In this document: positions 1 through 12,764 of the stretch, piece by piece
Layout of the letters: every line of letters starts with the position of its first letter
How positions within the stretch are numbered: position 1 is the first letter of the stretch
Origin: Heptranchias perlo
Lineage: Eukaryota
Assembly (NCBI RefSeq): GCF_035084215.1
Contig: NC_090325.1
Span: 76,012,001-76,076,000 of the forward strand
Direction: 5' to 3'
Length of the DNA stretch: 64,000 nucleotides
Position numbers and translations under genes: made by a program
Notes under the pieces: generated by a model
What the model saw: the letters and a program-made list of their open reading frames with translations, nothing else
The model's database searches: none
Told to the model about the DNA's origin: nothing

Positions 1-1083
1 AAATCTACCTCAGTCTGTTCCTCGGGAACCTCATCAAAAAAAATCATGAACATCTGAGGCACAAGGTGCCTCGTTTATTTCTATCAACTGCTCAGAGTGA
101 GAGATTTTATAATTAATTCCAATTAATCATGAGGAATGAACCCTAACAATTTGATTGCCAATTGGACAATTACTGTCTTACCATCACAACCTATTACCTT
201 GCAAGGGCTTCTCCATTCCCTATGACCCTCTCTTTTATAGTATACCAAATCTCCTGAATTGAACTCTGTCTCATCGTCTAATATGATGCCTCAGTGCTCT
301 ATGAATTTTCTCTGATACCTCAGCCTTGATAAAAGCCTGTCTTCCTGCATGCATAGCATTTAAATGCTCAGAAAAAATGGCACTAATTGTAGTACCTTCT
401 AGAGCAGGAGGATTATCATAAAGAACAGAAGGTAATTTGGGATTGCGTCGATGGTCTACATGGTAAGGACTATATCCTCCAACCATCTGAAGAGAATTCT
501 TTGCATGAACTGCCCATGCTAGGGCAGTTGACAATTTACACTGTTCAATCAGCCAAAATTTTATGCACCATGCTATCAATCACAGCATAATTCCGGTCAC
601 AAGGAACATTGCTAAAAGGGCTCTCAACTGCTCTATTTATGACAGTTATTCATATTCTCACACATATCTCTGAATTCCACATTAGCAAATTCACTTCCAT
701 TATCAGTCAAAAAGTTAGCTGGTGTCCCAAGTCCAGTCCCTATCCATTTTTCCATAACTATCTATAATAACCTTCTCCTTACTATACATTAGTGTAGAAA
801 TACTAAATCTCATGGCCAGCTCAATAAAGTGTAAGATGAAAACATTTCTGTCTTTGTCTCATATCTTTAGATCCATGGCAACTACCTCGTTGAAGTCATG
901 TGCTAATAGAACACTTACAATAGGACGTGGAGGCGTCAGTCTATACTTCTTAGATTTCACAGTTCCCACTAATCTCTTCTATTAGTCTCATTTACTCATC
1001 AACTCCACCTACATCGATTAGCAGGATTTTTAAACGTTAACAAGTAGGGTGGGCAAATTGTCTACGTAACTTTAAGACAATTT
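1..1083 (-). mobile_element. Ty1/copia (probably GalEa clade) LTR retrotransposon, degraded integrase region; continues beyond the left edge
   Basis: Minus-strand translation gives VVAMDLK, EKWIGTGLGTPANFLTDNGSEFANVEF (integrase core) and LAWAVHAKNSLQ..GYSPY..RNPKLPSV..PPALEG (ORF 271-579), with stops and frameshifts. Confidence 0.8.
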
Positions 1084-1260
1084 CATAGAATCATAAAATC
1101 ATTACAGCACAGAAGGAGGCCATTTGGCCCATCGATCCCATGCCGGCTCTTTGTAAGGGATTTGTAAGAGCAATCCAGTTAGTCCCATTCTCCCACTTTT
1201 TCCCTTCAAGTATTTATCCAATTCCTTTTTGAAAGCCATGATTGAATCTGTTTCCACTAC
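1084..1260 (-). mobile_element. CR1 LINE 3' end (inserted into the copia element)
   Basis: catagaatcataaaatcattacagcacagaaggaggccatt matches the 3' tail of the CR1 copy at 48853. Confidence 0.85.
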
Positions 1261-3882
1261 TTTTCTTTTCCTTTCCTTTCCTATTCTTTTTTATTCTCTT
1301 TTTTTAATTCTTTTTTATTCTCAACTATTACTTTACCCACCAACCAGCACCTTTTTTTTTTAAGCCCCCCTTTTATAAGAAGGGGGGGTGTAGGGTGTGC
1401 TTAAATACTAAAAACCAAATAAAACGAAACCAGGTATCAAATTAAAATTTTATTTTCCCCGTCCAGGATGCACTCCAGCCCCTGCGGTGCCCACCGGTCG
1501 CGGAAAGCCTCAAGCGTACCGGCAGACACCGCGTGCTCCATCTCCAGGGCCACCCGGGCGCGGAGCATTCCGCAGAAGAGAGGCAGACAGTCCGAGCGAC
1601 CGCCCCCACGCAACCTGGACCTGTGGATGGCCACCTTGGACAGGCCCAGGAGCAGGCCCACGAGGACGTCCACCGACCTGCCCGCCCCCCTCCTCACCGG
1701 GCGGCCAAAGATCAGGAGCGTGGGACTGAAGTGCAGCCAGAACCTGAGGAGCAGCCCCTCCAAATAATCAAACAGGGGCTGCAGTCTCCCACACCCCGTG
1801 AACAAATGAAACACGGACTCCTCCAGGCCGCAGAAATTGCAGGCGGCCTGGGAGTCCGTAAAATGGGGTAAACGCCTGTTGCACGCGACTGCTCCGTGCA
1901 ACACTCTCCACCCCAGATCCCCGATATAACATGGGAGAGCCCCCCACTGGGGACTCCCGTCTCCGCCGGACGGCAGGATGGTACGCCAGGGCGTGTCCGG
2001 GCGGGAGACGAGGGCGAGGAAGTGGAGAGTGTGCAGGAGCAGCCCGTACAGGAAATCCCTCCGCGCGGAGTGAAACGGCACGGAGGGAATTTCCGAGAGA
2101 CGGCTCAAGTTGTGAGGCGCAGCCCTCCGAGGGAGGTTTCAGGGCCTGGCGCCGATGAGGAATTCCGTCCGAACGGGGGTCAGATCGGACGGGATGGCTC
2201 CGCACGCTTGAGCCGCCTCCACACCCCGAGTGGAGTTAGGGCTGAGCGCCGATTTCAACGCCCAGATGGCGGTGGCCGCGTCCCCGGCACGCCATGAGGA
2301 CATCTGTGCGGCAAGCGCCCACGGCTCCAACCAACCCGACCCTCCGCCATCCAGGACGTCCCTGACTCTGGTTACCCGACCGGCCACGGCCACCTGCTCC
2401 GTCAGCCGCGAGCGGCCGAAGCCGACATCGCGGAGGAACGGATTCCCGAGCAGCGGGTCCTGCAGGACGGCCGCTACCCCCGACGGGCGAGAGCACCGGC
2501 TGGAGGCAACCATGTTCCAGACCCTGAGCAGATCCTGGTAAAAGACAGGCAGCTCCCGCAAAGACGTGCGGCCGCCCAGCAGCGAGACGAACAGGAGCTG
2601 CGTGTCGTAGTTCAGGCCGTGCACCTGGCGGAAAAAGTACGTCGCCAGCGCACGACATCTAAGAGGACGCTCAACGTACAGGTATCGCTGCAGCGACCGA
2701 AGGCGGAAAGTTGCCATCTGGGTGCGGACGCACACCAGCCCCTGACCGCCCTCCCTAAACGGGAGACTCAGGACCGCGGCAGCGACCCAGTGCATCCCTT
2801 TGGCCCAGAAGAAGTCGACAAACTTCTTCTGAATCTTGGCGACAAACTCAGGGGGGGGTCAAAGTGACCAACCGGTACCACAATATGGCGGCCACCAGCT
2901 GGTTTATGACCAGCACACGACCCCTGTAGGATAACACTCGGAGCAGTCCTGTCCAGCGTGCCAGGCGAGCGGCGACTTTGGCCTCCAGCTCTTCCCAGTT
3001 CGCCGGCCAGGCTTCCTCGGCAGGGCCGAGGTAGACTCCCAGGTACCGGAGGTGCCTGGTACTCCAAGCGAAAGGCCTGAGCTCCTCCGGCAGGGAGTCC
3101 ACCCGCCACTGACCCACCAGGAGTCCGGAACATTTCTCCCAGTTGATCCTTGCGGAGGACGCCGCAGAGTAGACCTCTTGGCACTCGCGCATCCTCCGCA
3201 AGTCAAGGGGATCGGTGACCACGAGGAGCACGTCGTCGGCATAAGCCGAAAGGACGACCTCCACGTCCGGCTCGCGCAGAGCCAGTCCAGACAGCCTCTT
3301 TCACAAGAGGCGCAGGAAAGGCTCCACGCAGACGGCGTATAATTGGCCGGACATGGGGCACCCCTGACGCACTCCTCTCCCGAAGCGAAGGGGCGCCGTC
3401 AAGGATCCATTAACCTTAATCAGACACTCCGCGGCGGCGTACAGAAGTCGGATCCGGGCGACGAAATGCGACCCGAACCCGAAAGCACGCAGAGTCCCGA
3501 ATAAGTACTCGTGATCAACCCTGTCGAACGCCTTCTCCTGATCCAAGGAAAGGAAGGCGACCGACAGACCAGCCCTCTAGGAATGGTGGATCAGGTGGAT
3601 GTTATCCTGGATCTTTCGGCCCGGGACCGTGTTGGACTGGTCGGGGTGGATCATGTGGGCCAGCACGGCGCCGAGGCGAGCAGACATCGCCTTGGCAAAG
3701 ACCTTATAATCCGTGCTGAGGAGGGAGACCGGGCGCCAGTTTTTAAGGTTGCGGAGATCCCCCTTCTTAGGCAGCAGGACCACGACCGCCCTGCGCCATG
3801 AAAGGGGCATCTCCCCGGTCGCCAGACATTCCCCCAGGACCCGCGCGTAGTCGCCCCTCAGGACATCCCAGAAGGCCCTGAG
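1261..3882 (-). mobile_element. Tx1-clade (L1 group) LINE, 5'-truncated ORF2 pseudogene with 3' UTR and A-rich tail
   Basis: RT motifs NWRPVSLLSTDYK, DQEKAFDRVDH, GVRQGCPMSG and AYADD; C-terminal zinc knuckle CNFCGLEESVFHLFTGC; stop at 1437-1439; GC/CpG-rich; several frameshifts. Confidence 0.88.
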
Positions 3883-3886
3883 GTCG

Positions 3887-4670
3887 TATGCTTTTTTAAC
3901 CACTTTCTCAACCTGTCCTGCCACCTGCAAAGATTTTTGCACATATACCCCCAGGTCTCTCTGTTCCTGTACCCCCTTTAGAATTGTACCATTTACTTTA
4001 TATTGCCTCTCCTGATTCTTCCTGACAAAATGTATCACTTCGCGCTTCTGTGCATTAAATTTCATCTGCCATGTATCCACCCATGCCACCAGCCTGTCCA
4101 TATTCTCTTGAAGTCTATTACTATCCTCCTCACTGTTTACTACACTTCCAAGTTTTGTGTCCTGTATAACCAAGTCCAAGTCATTAATATATATCAAAAA
4201 AAGCAGTAGTCCTAGTACTGATCCTTGGGAAACACCACTGTATACCTTCCACCAGTTCAAAAAACAACCATTCACCACTACTCTCTGTTTCCAGTCACTT
4301 AGCCAATTTCATACCTATGCTGTCACTGGCCCTTTTATTCCATGGGCTTCAAATTTTGCTGACAAGCCTATTATGTGGCACTTTATCAAACATCTTTTGA
4401 AAGTCCATATACACAACATCAATCGCATTGCCCTCATCAACCCTCTCTGTTTCCTCATCAAAAAAACACAATCAAGTTATTTAAACACGATTTACCTTTA
4501 ACAAATCTATGCTGGCTTTCCTTTATTTATCCATACTTGTCCAGGATGAGTATCACTTTTGTCCTGGATTATTCTAAAAGCTTGCCCACTGCAGAGGTTA
4601 AACTGACTGGCCTGTAGTTTCTAGGTTCATCCTTGCACCCTTTTTTGAACAAGGTTGTAACATTTGCAAT
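3887..4670 (-). mobile_element. CR1 LINE RT fragment (remainder of the copy starting at 1084)
   Basis: SGVSQGSVLGLLLFLIYINDL and WQMKFNAQK motifs; collinear with 49479-50290. Confidence 0.88.
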
Positions 4671-6207
4671 TTTTTTTTCTCTCTTATCCTTATTATCTGA
4701 TATCATTAATACTTGTTTAACACACTGATGAGAAACATCAAGTTTTATTAAGGGGATACAATAATGCCCTCACTGGGTAAACTGCAAATCAACTGATTTC
4801 CCAAAAATGATTGCCTCAGTGTTCCATGTCAAGTTCCATTTTTGCCTTTTTCATGAAGGTTTACCTAAGAGCATAGGTACCTCACTGGAGGCTACATGCG
4901 TACTTATAAAATGACTCACTCCAGTTATCTTACATGGAATAACCACTCTTGAGTGACCTCAAGGTGTTGTCATCTCCAAACCTAAAACATGTAGAACTTT
5001 TATACTCCTTAACCTTGCATCAATCCTCACGACTTAGTGAATCAAGATAACATTTTAACCAATCTACCCTGCATACAATTGAAGTACATGTACTATCTAA
5101 CACCGCACAATTAAAGGAATCCACGACTAATACATTCATCACAGGATTAAAACTCCTTATGACCAGTATAATCTGTTCAGAGTCACCATTATCTTCATCC
5201 TCAGAGCTAGTTCCTTCATGCGTCATTTCAAAGACACTGCATCTTTGCTGTGGGCAATTCACCTCATTTAGTCACATCTAAAGCATCTACTGATTTTTCT
5301 TTGGGCACTCCTGGAATTAATTCACCCATTATTACTGCCCCAATTTTGTCTTCTGTTGATATAACCAGATTTGCTGTACCCATTTTCATCAATCTTGCTG
5401 TCTTTAATCCTTCCATCATATTGGCACCTGCATCCAGTTCTCTTGAAAATTTTGAAACCTGGTCTGGCATCTGTGTTTAGTATCTGGAACATTTCAAAAC
5501 CTGGTAACCAAATCTTTTATGCTTTGTGCCATGGTGGAAGGCCCCATTTGTTCCATGTAGGCTGAAGTGAATGACTGTTTCCCCAGAAATTTTTTTAAGG
5601 CAGCAGTCATTTGATCGAACAGAGTCTACTTTTCTGAGAACTGAACACCAGTTAGGACCAATTACTGTCCATATGAGACACCTTAGCACAATCTCATAAT
5701 TTAACACTAGTACCGATCCAGGGATTCCCAATTTGAACGTTGTCAACCTTTTGGGACAATTTGTCATAGACCATGATATACTCTTCCATTGAATGACCTT
5801 CAAAATCTATCAAATGCTGAACAGGCCTCATAGGCACTTATCAGGTCATCTTTCTTATAGATTTGATCCAGAAATTCTATTGGAAAGGTAAAACCTTCAT
5901 AATTATCCAAAAGATCTGTATCCATCTCAGAAAATACCTTACTTCTGATTTTACTTCATTCAGGAAGCAACAATGCCAAGGCTATGCCTTATTTTCTCTT
6001 TGGCAGAGTAGTAACCTGTGTCCACATATCAACCTCATTCTTCCACTGGTCATACGGTTCAAACTCCAAGAACATCAGCAGGAAATAACATCTTGACGAT
6101 TTAAACTTGCTTTCTTCCATTTTCCACAATGGCCACAAGGCTTTTAAGTTTTTTTTCTTTATGTCCAAAAAAAAATTGTAGTTTCCAACCTCCACCTTTA
6201 AGCAACA
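4671..6207 (-). mobile_element. Ty1/copia (probably GalEa) gag-protease region, degraded
   Basis: Gag N-terminus PYDQWKNEVDMWTQVTTLPKRK and aspartic protease motif CAVLDSTCTSIVC..WL. Protease leads directly into integrase with no RT in between, which is copia domain order. Confidence 0.78.
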
Positions 6208-6221
6208 ATCCTCTGCTACCA
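6208..6221 (-). promoter_or_regulatory. Primer-binding site complementary to the initiator tRNA-Met 3' end
   Basis: Minus strand TGGTAGCAGAGGAT directly abuts the LTR's terminal CA; 14 nt match to the recalled tRNAiMet end ...AUCCUCUGCUACCA. Confidence 0.9.
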
Positions 6222-6409
6222 TGTTAAAATTGGATAGCCTGGTGGTGAAGGATCAAATACTAGAGCCTGGTCTTTAGTTATTTCCAAGTCTTTATTCACA
6301 AAGATTCCCCTTATACACACCACACCCTGCCTAAGCTCTCCTATAAAAAGGACAAGAAGGTCCCCAATTGATACCCATCACCTGATTTATATAAATCATA
6401 CAGTTAACA
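6222..6409 (-). mobile_element. 5' LTR (~188 bp) of the copia element
   Basis: Termini TGTTAA...TTAACA; minus-strand AATAAA at 6291-6296; adjacent to the primer-binding site. Confidence 0.75.
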
Positions 6410-6414
6410 CACCA

Positions 6415-6735
6415 TGTGCCATTCACCTATGACCATTGTCCCAGTTAACCTGCATTGGCTCACAGTACCCCAACACCTCAAATTAATTTATTTTATTCTC
6501 ACATTTAAATCCTTTCATGGCCTCACACCTCCCTATCTCTGTAACCTTCTCCAGCCCTACAACCCATGCAAACTCTCTGTTCCTCTGACTGTAGCCTTTT
6601 GTGCACTCCCCTCCCAGCGTCTACCATTGGTGACCGTGTCTTCAGCGACCTCATCCCCCTGCTCTGGAATTCCCTCCCTAAACCCCTGTTCCTCTCCGCC
6701 TTCCTTACTTCCTTTAAGACCCTCCTTAGTTTCTA
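6415..6735 (+). mobile_element. L2 LINE 3' fragment
   Basis: LHWLTVPQHLK..ILTFKSFHGLTPPYL resembles the L2 ORF2 C-terminus. Confidence 0.65.
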
Positions 6736-7409
6736 ATTTCAAACAGAGTCAATACATTGAGTAATTTTAAGTAAAATAATCAGGGCAGAAATAGCCAAGT
6801 AACTGAGAAGAGGGGCTCCCATTATATGCTCTGTGGTACAATTTGTGGCTTAGTCATCTTTTTAAATCATTGTCAGATCATCATTGTGGGAATTTTTTTG
6901 TCGTTGCAAATGCAGCAAAACATATTTTCATATGGACTCCAGATTTGTATTTGGCACACCGCTATTTTATTTACTATGTATCTTTTTGGAGGAGGTGATG
7001 TTGTAACTGGAAATTGAGCTGATGAAGTGAAAGAACTATTCCTTTGCACAAACAAATGATATGCAGTAGGAAAACAAAATGTCTCTACATCTTCAGCTGC
7101 AAAGTAATTATTGTACCACAAAAGGATAAAAATTGAGACCAGACTATTCTGTACACAATCAGAAATTAATGTTCAGGGTGTTTTGATGCTCATAGTCACC
7201 CCTCCAAATTTTCCCCTCTTTTTCTGAGGGCTGGGGTACCATATCGCATACAGTAATCTCATATGCACTCATACCATGTAACAACTACTCAGATATTATC
7301 TGGGCTCACCTCTAAAGTAACTTGTTGAGGTAGACCGAAGTTACAACTAAATAAACAGGAGGCCAAATTCCGCAGCCCTGGGACTGCAAAAATGCTACGT
7401 GGTCAGGCA

Positions 7410-9570
7410 GGGGTAGAATTTGGAGCTGCATCCCAATGTACCGTCATCAACACCTTTTTTGCCCATCATTAATTTTGGTAATTGGGGATGAGTGTATTGT
7501 CCCTGTACATCCATGGATCCAGGGTTGCTAAATGTATCAGGAGGAAATATTTTAAATTTAAAAGGCTGATTTCCTGAAAGCAATCGATCGCAGAGTGATC
7601 AAATGCTTTGAGGACAGCAACCTCCAGCAAAAGTGGCAGTATTTTTATATTTTTATATTTGGTACCCTCTTGTCCCTGGGCCTGCTTACGCTGTGGCAAG
7701 TCACCACAGTGAATTTCCACCCCGCACCTGAGGGAGACACCCTGTAAATGGCAGAAGTGTGCAAATGCCCTTGACTGAATAGCTCCAATTAAGTCTTTAA
7801 AACCCTGTGAAAGCGTTGTATTAGGCTGACCCTCAAGACACCTACTGAAGCAGTGGTAGCTGCTGCTCCGAAAGCAACCAATGCCCTGAGTATCTTCCTT
7901 CTGATGCCTTGTTGCCGCAAATAGCTCCTGGACTACCACACTTTCTAAGGTCTAAAGCATTGCATGGAAAACTTTCTGCACTGTGTTGCAGATATATGTA
8001 ATAGACTCCTCCAACTTATCCATCATCTCAACCACATGCATGGAAACAGTCTTCTGCAAATGAGACTAATGCTCCTGAATCATTGCTCCTTTGAAGACTA
8101 TACCCCTGAGAACTTGGCCCTTAGACTCCTTAACCAAGGGCGGACATTTCTACACCAACCGTGGAGGAGCAGCTCGCTCCCCCTCTTTTACTCACAGCTC
8201 CTCATGCTCACTGGTGCCCAATACCTCACCTATGAGAACCTGTCTGACTTGCTAACTGCTTCCTCCTAAGTGGGTGTCTCTGGGCTGGTGCTGGAGCACG
8301 TAAGATGCCATGATGAAGTTGATGAGGATGGGACAGGAGTTGTATAGCTTGAAGTGCCCAGCCATCCCGAAGGATTTAAAACACAAAAAACTTATTTAGT
8401 TGTGTAAACAATCACATGTCCGCTTGAAGAAATTGTGGCTGAGCCAATGTACTTTTAAATACCTTGATAGTTCACCTGAAGCTGAAACTAACTGTGCTCT
8501 CTCTTGCGCTACCTTTACCATCCCGTTCTTGATACTTCACCTCTTCTTTCCCCATCTCCCACAATCTCTTCTATGTGCCTTCTAATGAGTTGCAAAGCTT
8601 CTTCCTCATGTATACTCAAACTTTGGAAAATGAGTAATCCCCGTCTGGCTGCATTTCTTTGTCTAGCTCTTTGCAACCTTTTCCTTTTCAAGGAGAGAAC
8701 CCAATGATTACATTTCTCATCATCCATTGATTATAATGCTTGCAGGTGCAGGATTTCTTTAAACACCACTCTTTCAAAACTAACACAACATCCTTACTGC
8801 ATGCAACATGAGTTTAGACAGTGGTTTGGAGTTTTCAAGGTGTATTATTGGTTCCAGAGATTTCTTGTGAATAGTGGAGGTTTCCTTTCACCCAGTTAAT
8901 GGCACAGAGAGGTCATGAGATGGGAAGAGATGAGTCATGTCTCTATTATTGCTATGGATGTGCATGGAGAACAGTGCTTTTGCTTACTTTGGCCGACCAT
9001 GTTATTAATACTTTTTCTGTACTTTATGGCTGGTAACAGAGGCTACAGGTAGGAGTTGCTTTGCTGGTACTGGCCACTTAAGTGGCAAATTGGGTTGAGG
9101 TACGGATCAGCCATAATCTAACCGAACGGCAGAACAGGCTTGAGAGTCTCAATGGCCTACTCCTGTTCGATGTTCCTATGTTCCTATGAAGTGACAAAGA
9201 AATTGGACTTGCCAAAAAAAAATTCTATCAGTTATTTATTAACTTAGACTACATTTGAACGAGAAGAACTTGTGTCGTTACATATTGGATTTTCATCCGT
9301 AATTCTAGTTGACATTGGGCTGGATAGCAGTGGAGAATGAGGGAAAATGAGGGCGGTGAGGTGTACCGTAATCTCACCACCCATCCTGGAATATATATGT
9401 GCCCTGATAGTCCATGGAAGTTGCCCCATCGTAATTCCAGCAGAATCCCAGGAGAAAATGGCACAAATGGTCACTTTCAGCCTTTTATGAAATTTTTCCA
9501 GGTGTTCCACTGGTCTCCCATTAAAGTTATATTAGGAGATAGGTAGAACCCTGCAGAAATTCAGGGCCGT
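7410..9570 (-). mobile_element. Highly degraded Harbinger-type element (Myb/SANT-like gene relic) with a CR1 tail inserted at ~9085-9190
   Basis: Minus-strand KRLQRARQRNAARRG..LSIHEEEALQLI and KYRKSINNMVGQ followed by gtaag parallel the Myb gene at 42.4-43.4 kb. Boundaries are approximate. Confidence 0.45.
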
Positions 9571-9834
9571 AATTTTTAACGAAGGAGAATAAGTTTTAAA
9601 ATTACATGGCATTTCTGAAGCCAATGTAATATTCTGTTCCCCTGTGCCTTTCCCATTCCATTCACATTCATAGCACAACTACTTTACTCATCTCATTTTT
9701 GTTCTATGGAAGGGATTGAAATCACACACTGGGCTTGTTTTGTTCTTTTAAATGACACCATTTTTTATTTCGAGGCTGAAAAAAAGTAATGTTGAGTAAT
9801 GTTTTCAGTTTAAAAAATAACAAAGGCCCTTCAC

Positions 9835-10200
9835 TGATGGCTCACTGAGTTTATCCAATTTATCCAAACTGAGCCATACAAACCAGGAAGGTTCCAGATT
9901 CAGTCTTTGGTCTACGCTGCATTAGCTAGTCTCACCCGAGGCAGCAGTCATGAAGCTACAATTGGCCTCAGCAATCTAAAGATAGGATGGGGAAAATCGG
10001 AGTGTGTCCCTGCCCCTGATTGTTGTCCAGCAACCCCTGATGGAAGTGTGTGTGGATGTCAGGTGTGAATAGGATTGGGCTCAGCTATGATGTTTTCTGC
10101 AGTCACTGTCAAAGCTCACATAGGGATAATCGCCACTTGGATGAGGTACCTGTGGAACCCTACCCCAGGACTGAGTTAATGCCTTCTTGGGGGGAGAGAA
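9835..10200 (+). mobile_element. Old tRNA-derived SINE
   Basis: tggctcactg A-box-like and ggttccagattc B-box-like head; family not assigned. Confidence 0.4.
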
Positions 10201-10715
10201 GAGAAATTTGGCAAGGAAAAAATAATAAAATCTATTTTTTTTGAATAAAGTATTTCTGGCATAGCACAATGTGCTTGTTTATGCAATTTTAAGTTTTTGC
10301 GGGCGTATCTACAATTGTTAGTGAAGTAATTTTAAGCGAATAATGAAGCTTTTAAACACCCACTGCTTTTGAAACTGTGCATTTTGGTGTTTTCTTTTCA
10401 TAGAATTAACCGTCAAAGGAATAAAGGGCAAAAAGCAAACACATTGACCTTGTCTGGAATGACAAAAACATAGATGAAAATACTAACAAGTTAATTCAAA
10501 ACAGCTGGACTGGCTCTCAGCTCTAACTGTACTCAGATATAAAATTTTCTTTCTCTGGCTGGAGAGTGTTGTGAAAACAGGCTAATGTTTTCCAGACTTC
10601 ACTCCATTGCTGGAGCAAAATGCATTACAATAACTTAAAGCAGAACAATATCTTGGGACCATGTAAAGTATAAGAAATTCTCTGGAAAGTCTTTGGAAGG
10701 AGCTTCAAAGAACAT

Positions 10716-12764
10716 GGGCTCGATTTTCGCATCCCCGAGCGGGTGCGTTCGTGGTGGGGGGGCTCCGAAAATCGGGGATTCCCGGGGCGGATCCGGAGCC
10801 CGGCTCCAACCCGCCCACTTCCGGGTTCCCCGGTGACGCGCTGACATGCGCGCGCAGCCCCTGCATGTGGGACTCCCGCCGGCAATTAAATCCGGCGGGA
10901 TGCCACTTAAAGTAATTAACCAGGTCCTTCAAGTCGTTTACAGACCTGATTGACCTGATATTTTAGGAGGGGTGGGATTTTCAAGTCAACTGGGACTGTT
11001 TCCCGTACTGGGGGAAACACTCCCAGTTGAAATGGACGTGTTGCAGCCATCAGCCTGTAGCAGCTGCAAAGGTCCATTTAACAGGTGGGGAGGGGAGAGA
11101 CCCTCACTCATTGCAGGAGGCCACTCTGTCACTTTGGACAAAGTTTGGCCTCCACCACCCTCCTCCTAACAATAAAATTCACCAACTTGCACACTTACCC
11201 CGGGGTCCAGAGACATGTACCTACCTTGTGGACCCCCTCAAATGTATATCTTCTGGATGGGGGTTGCCGTAGCTGCAGTCATGACCTCCTCGGAGCACGA
11301 ACAGCATCACCAGCCTCGCCGGCCACGCCATCCACCTCTGACACGTGGAGCTCCACAACACAGTGCTGTGACACATCCACCTGCACAGCAAGAGGGAGGG
11401 CTACCGCAGAGAGAGATGCGTCCCAGAAGGCACTACCCTCGCCACAGGGTCTACAGACCGAGGCTCAGCTTCCTGGACCTCTCTGACCAGCAGTACACAC
11501 GGAGGCTCAGAGTCACTCGACATGTAGTCGTGGACATCTGCAGCCTCCTTGATGCCAAGCTGCTCCTGGCTGGCCCGAGCACCATCTTCTTACCTGTCAC
11601 TGTTAAAGTCACCACTGCTCTCAACAACTTCTCCTTCGCATCATTCCAGGGTGCCACCGGGGACATTGCTGACGTCTCTCAGTCGTCTGCACAAAAGAGC
11701 CCTGCAAATACACCTACACCCACTCTGCAGTGACACAATGGATGGCATCAGTTGTGGGTCTTCATAGTGATCCTCAGGAAAGGGCATTATTGCACAAACC
11801 AGACAAGATTCGCAAAGACGTGGCAGTAGTGGTGACAATATATGTAATGTGAGTTGATCAGAAATTAAATATAGGTAAAAACCATGACAAACCCTCAAAC
11901 ACCCTTGTGCATCCCCTTCATGCTCACGACACGTTTGTCTTACACTTCCTACTGCTCATATGTGATGCATGCCCTGTGGCTGCAGCACAGATAGTGGCAG
12001 GATGGGTGAGGCTGACCACAAAAGAGATGCATGAGAGGGTGAGTATGAGATAGAGCCATGAGATTGTATGAGGATTGGGTTGAGTGGTAGTGGTGGGATG
12101 AGTACTGGCGAGGTGAGTAGGTACAGGTAAGATGAGGATGAGCTTTGAGTGGGTGTGAGGAGTGACATAATAGAGTAGTATTGGCAGTGCAGAAGGAGAT
12201 GTGGGGTGGGGGCGGTGATGTGGCAGATGGAGTGTTGGGGAATGAGTAAGTGTACTCACTTCAGCTGACCTACTGAGGTCATTGGAGCGTCTCCTGCACT
12301 GTATGCAGGTGTGCGATATGTTGGTGGTGCTGGTGACCTCGTCTGCCACCTTGAGCCAGGCCTTTTTGGTGGCAGAGGCAGGCCACTTCCTCCCGCCCGC
12401 CGGGGGGAAGATCTCTGTCCTCCCCCTCCTCCTCACCCATCCAATAAGACCTGGAGTGAGGTATCATTAAACCTGGGAGCAGCCTTCCCCTTGGGCTGCT
12501 CTATGCTGTAATTTTTCCTATTTCCTGCAGCATCAGTCAGTGGAGGACTGCCCCTTTAAATAGGGCTCCTCCAGCTGACGGCCTATGCTGCGCATGCGCA
12601 GTACGCCCGCTGCGCAGCTTTCCAGCGCGAAACCCGGAAGCAAAGGTAAGTACCTTCAATCAAGCTGCGATTGCGTGCGGAGCACCCCGATTTCACTGGG
12701 CGCGTTACCCACGAGCCCAGTCGACCCCCCGCTGCCAAACCGCTGCCCTCCTAATATCAGGCCC
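10716..12764. mobile_element. Harbinger/PIF internal-deletion derivative (transposase N-terminus on +, Myb/SANT N-terminus on -)
   Basis: Imperfect TIRs gggctcgatttt...aatatcaggccc flanked by a 3-bp TSD CAT/CAT. + ORF RVYRPRLSFLDLSDQQ..VKVTTALN..SFQGATGDIADVSQSS; - ORF ATKKAWLKVADEV..IQCRRRSNDL. Confidence 0.88.

Noticed and set aside
1468-3801. Many overlapping + strand ORFs
   Set aside because: Antisense shadows of the GC-rich Tx1 ORF2.
3577-4278. 233-aa chimeric CR1-RT/Tx1-RT ORF as a novel fusion gene
   Set aside because: Chance in-frame junction from nesting; the domains are in non-functional order and the CR1 catalytic FADD region is deleted.
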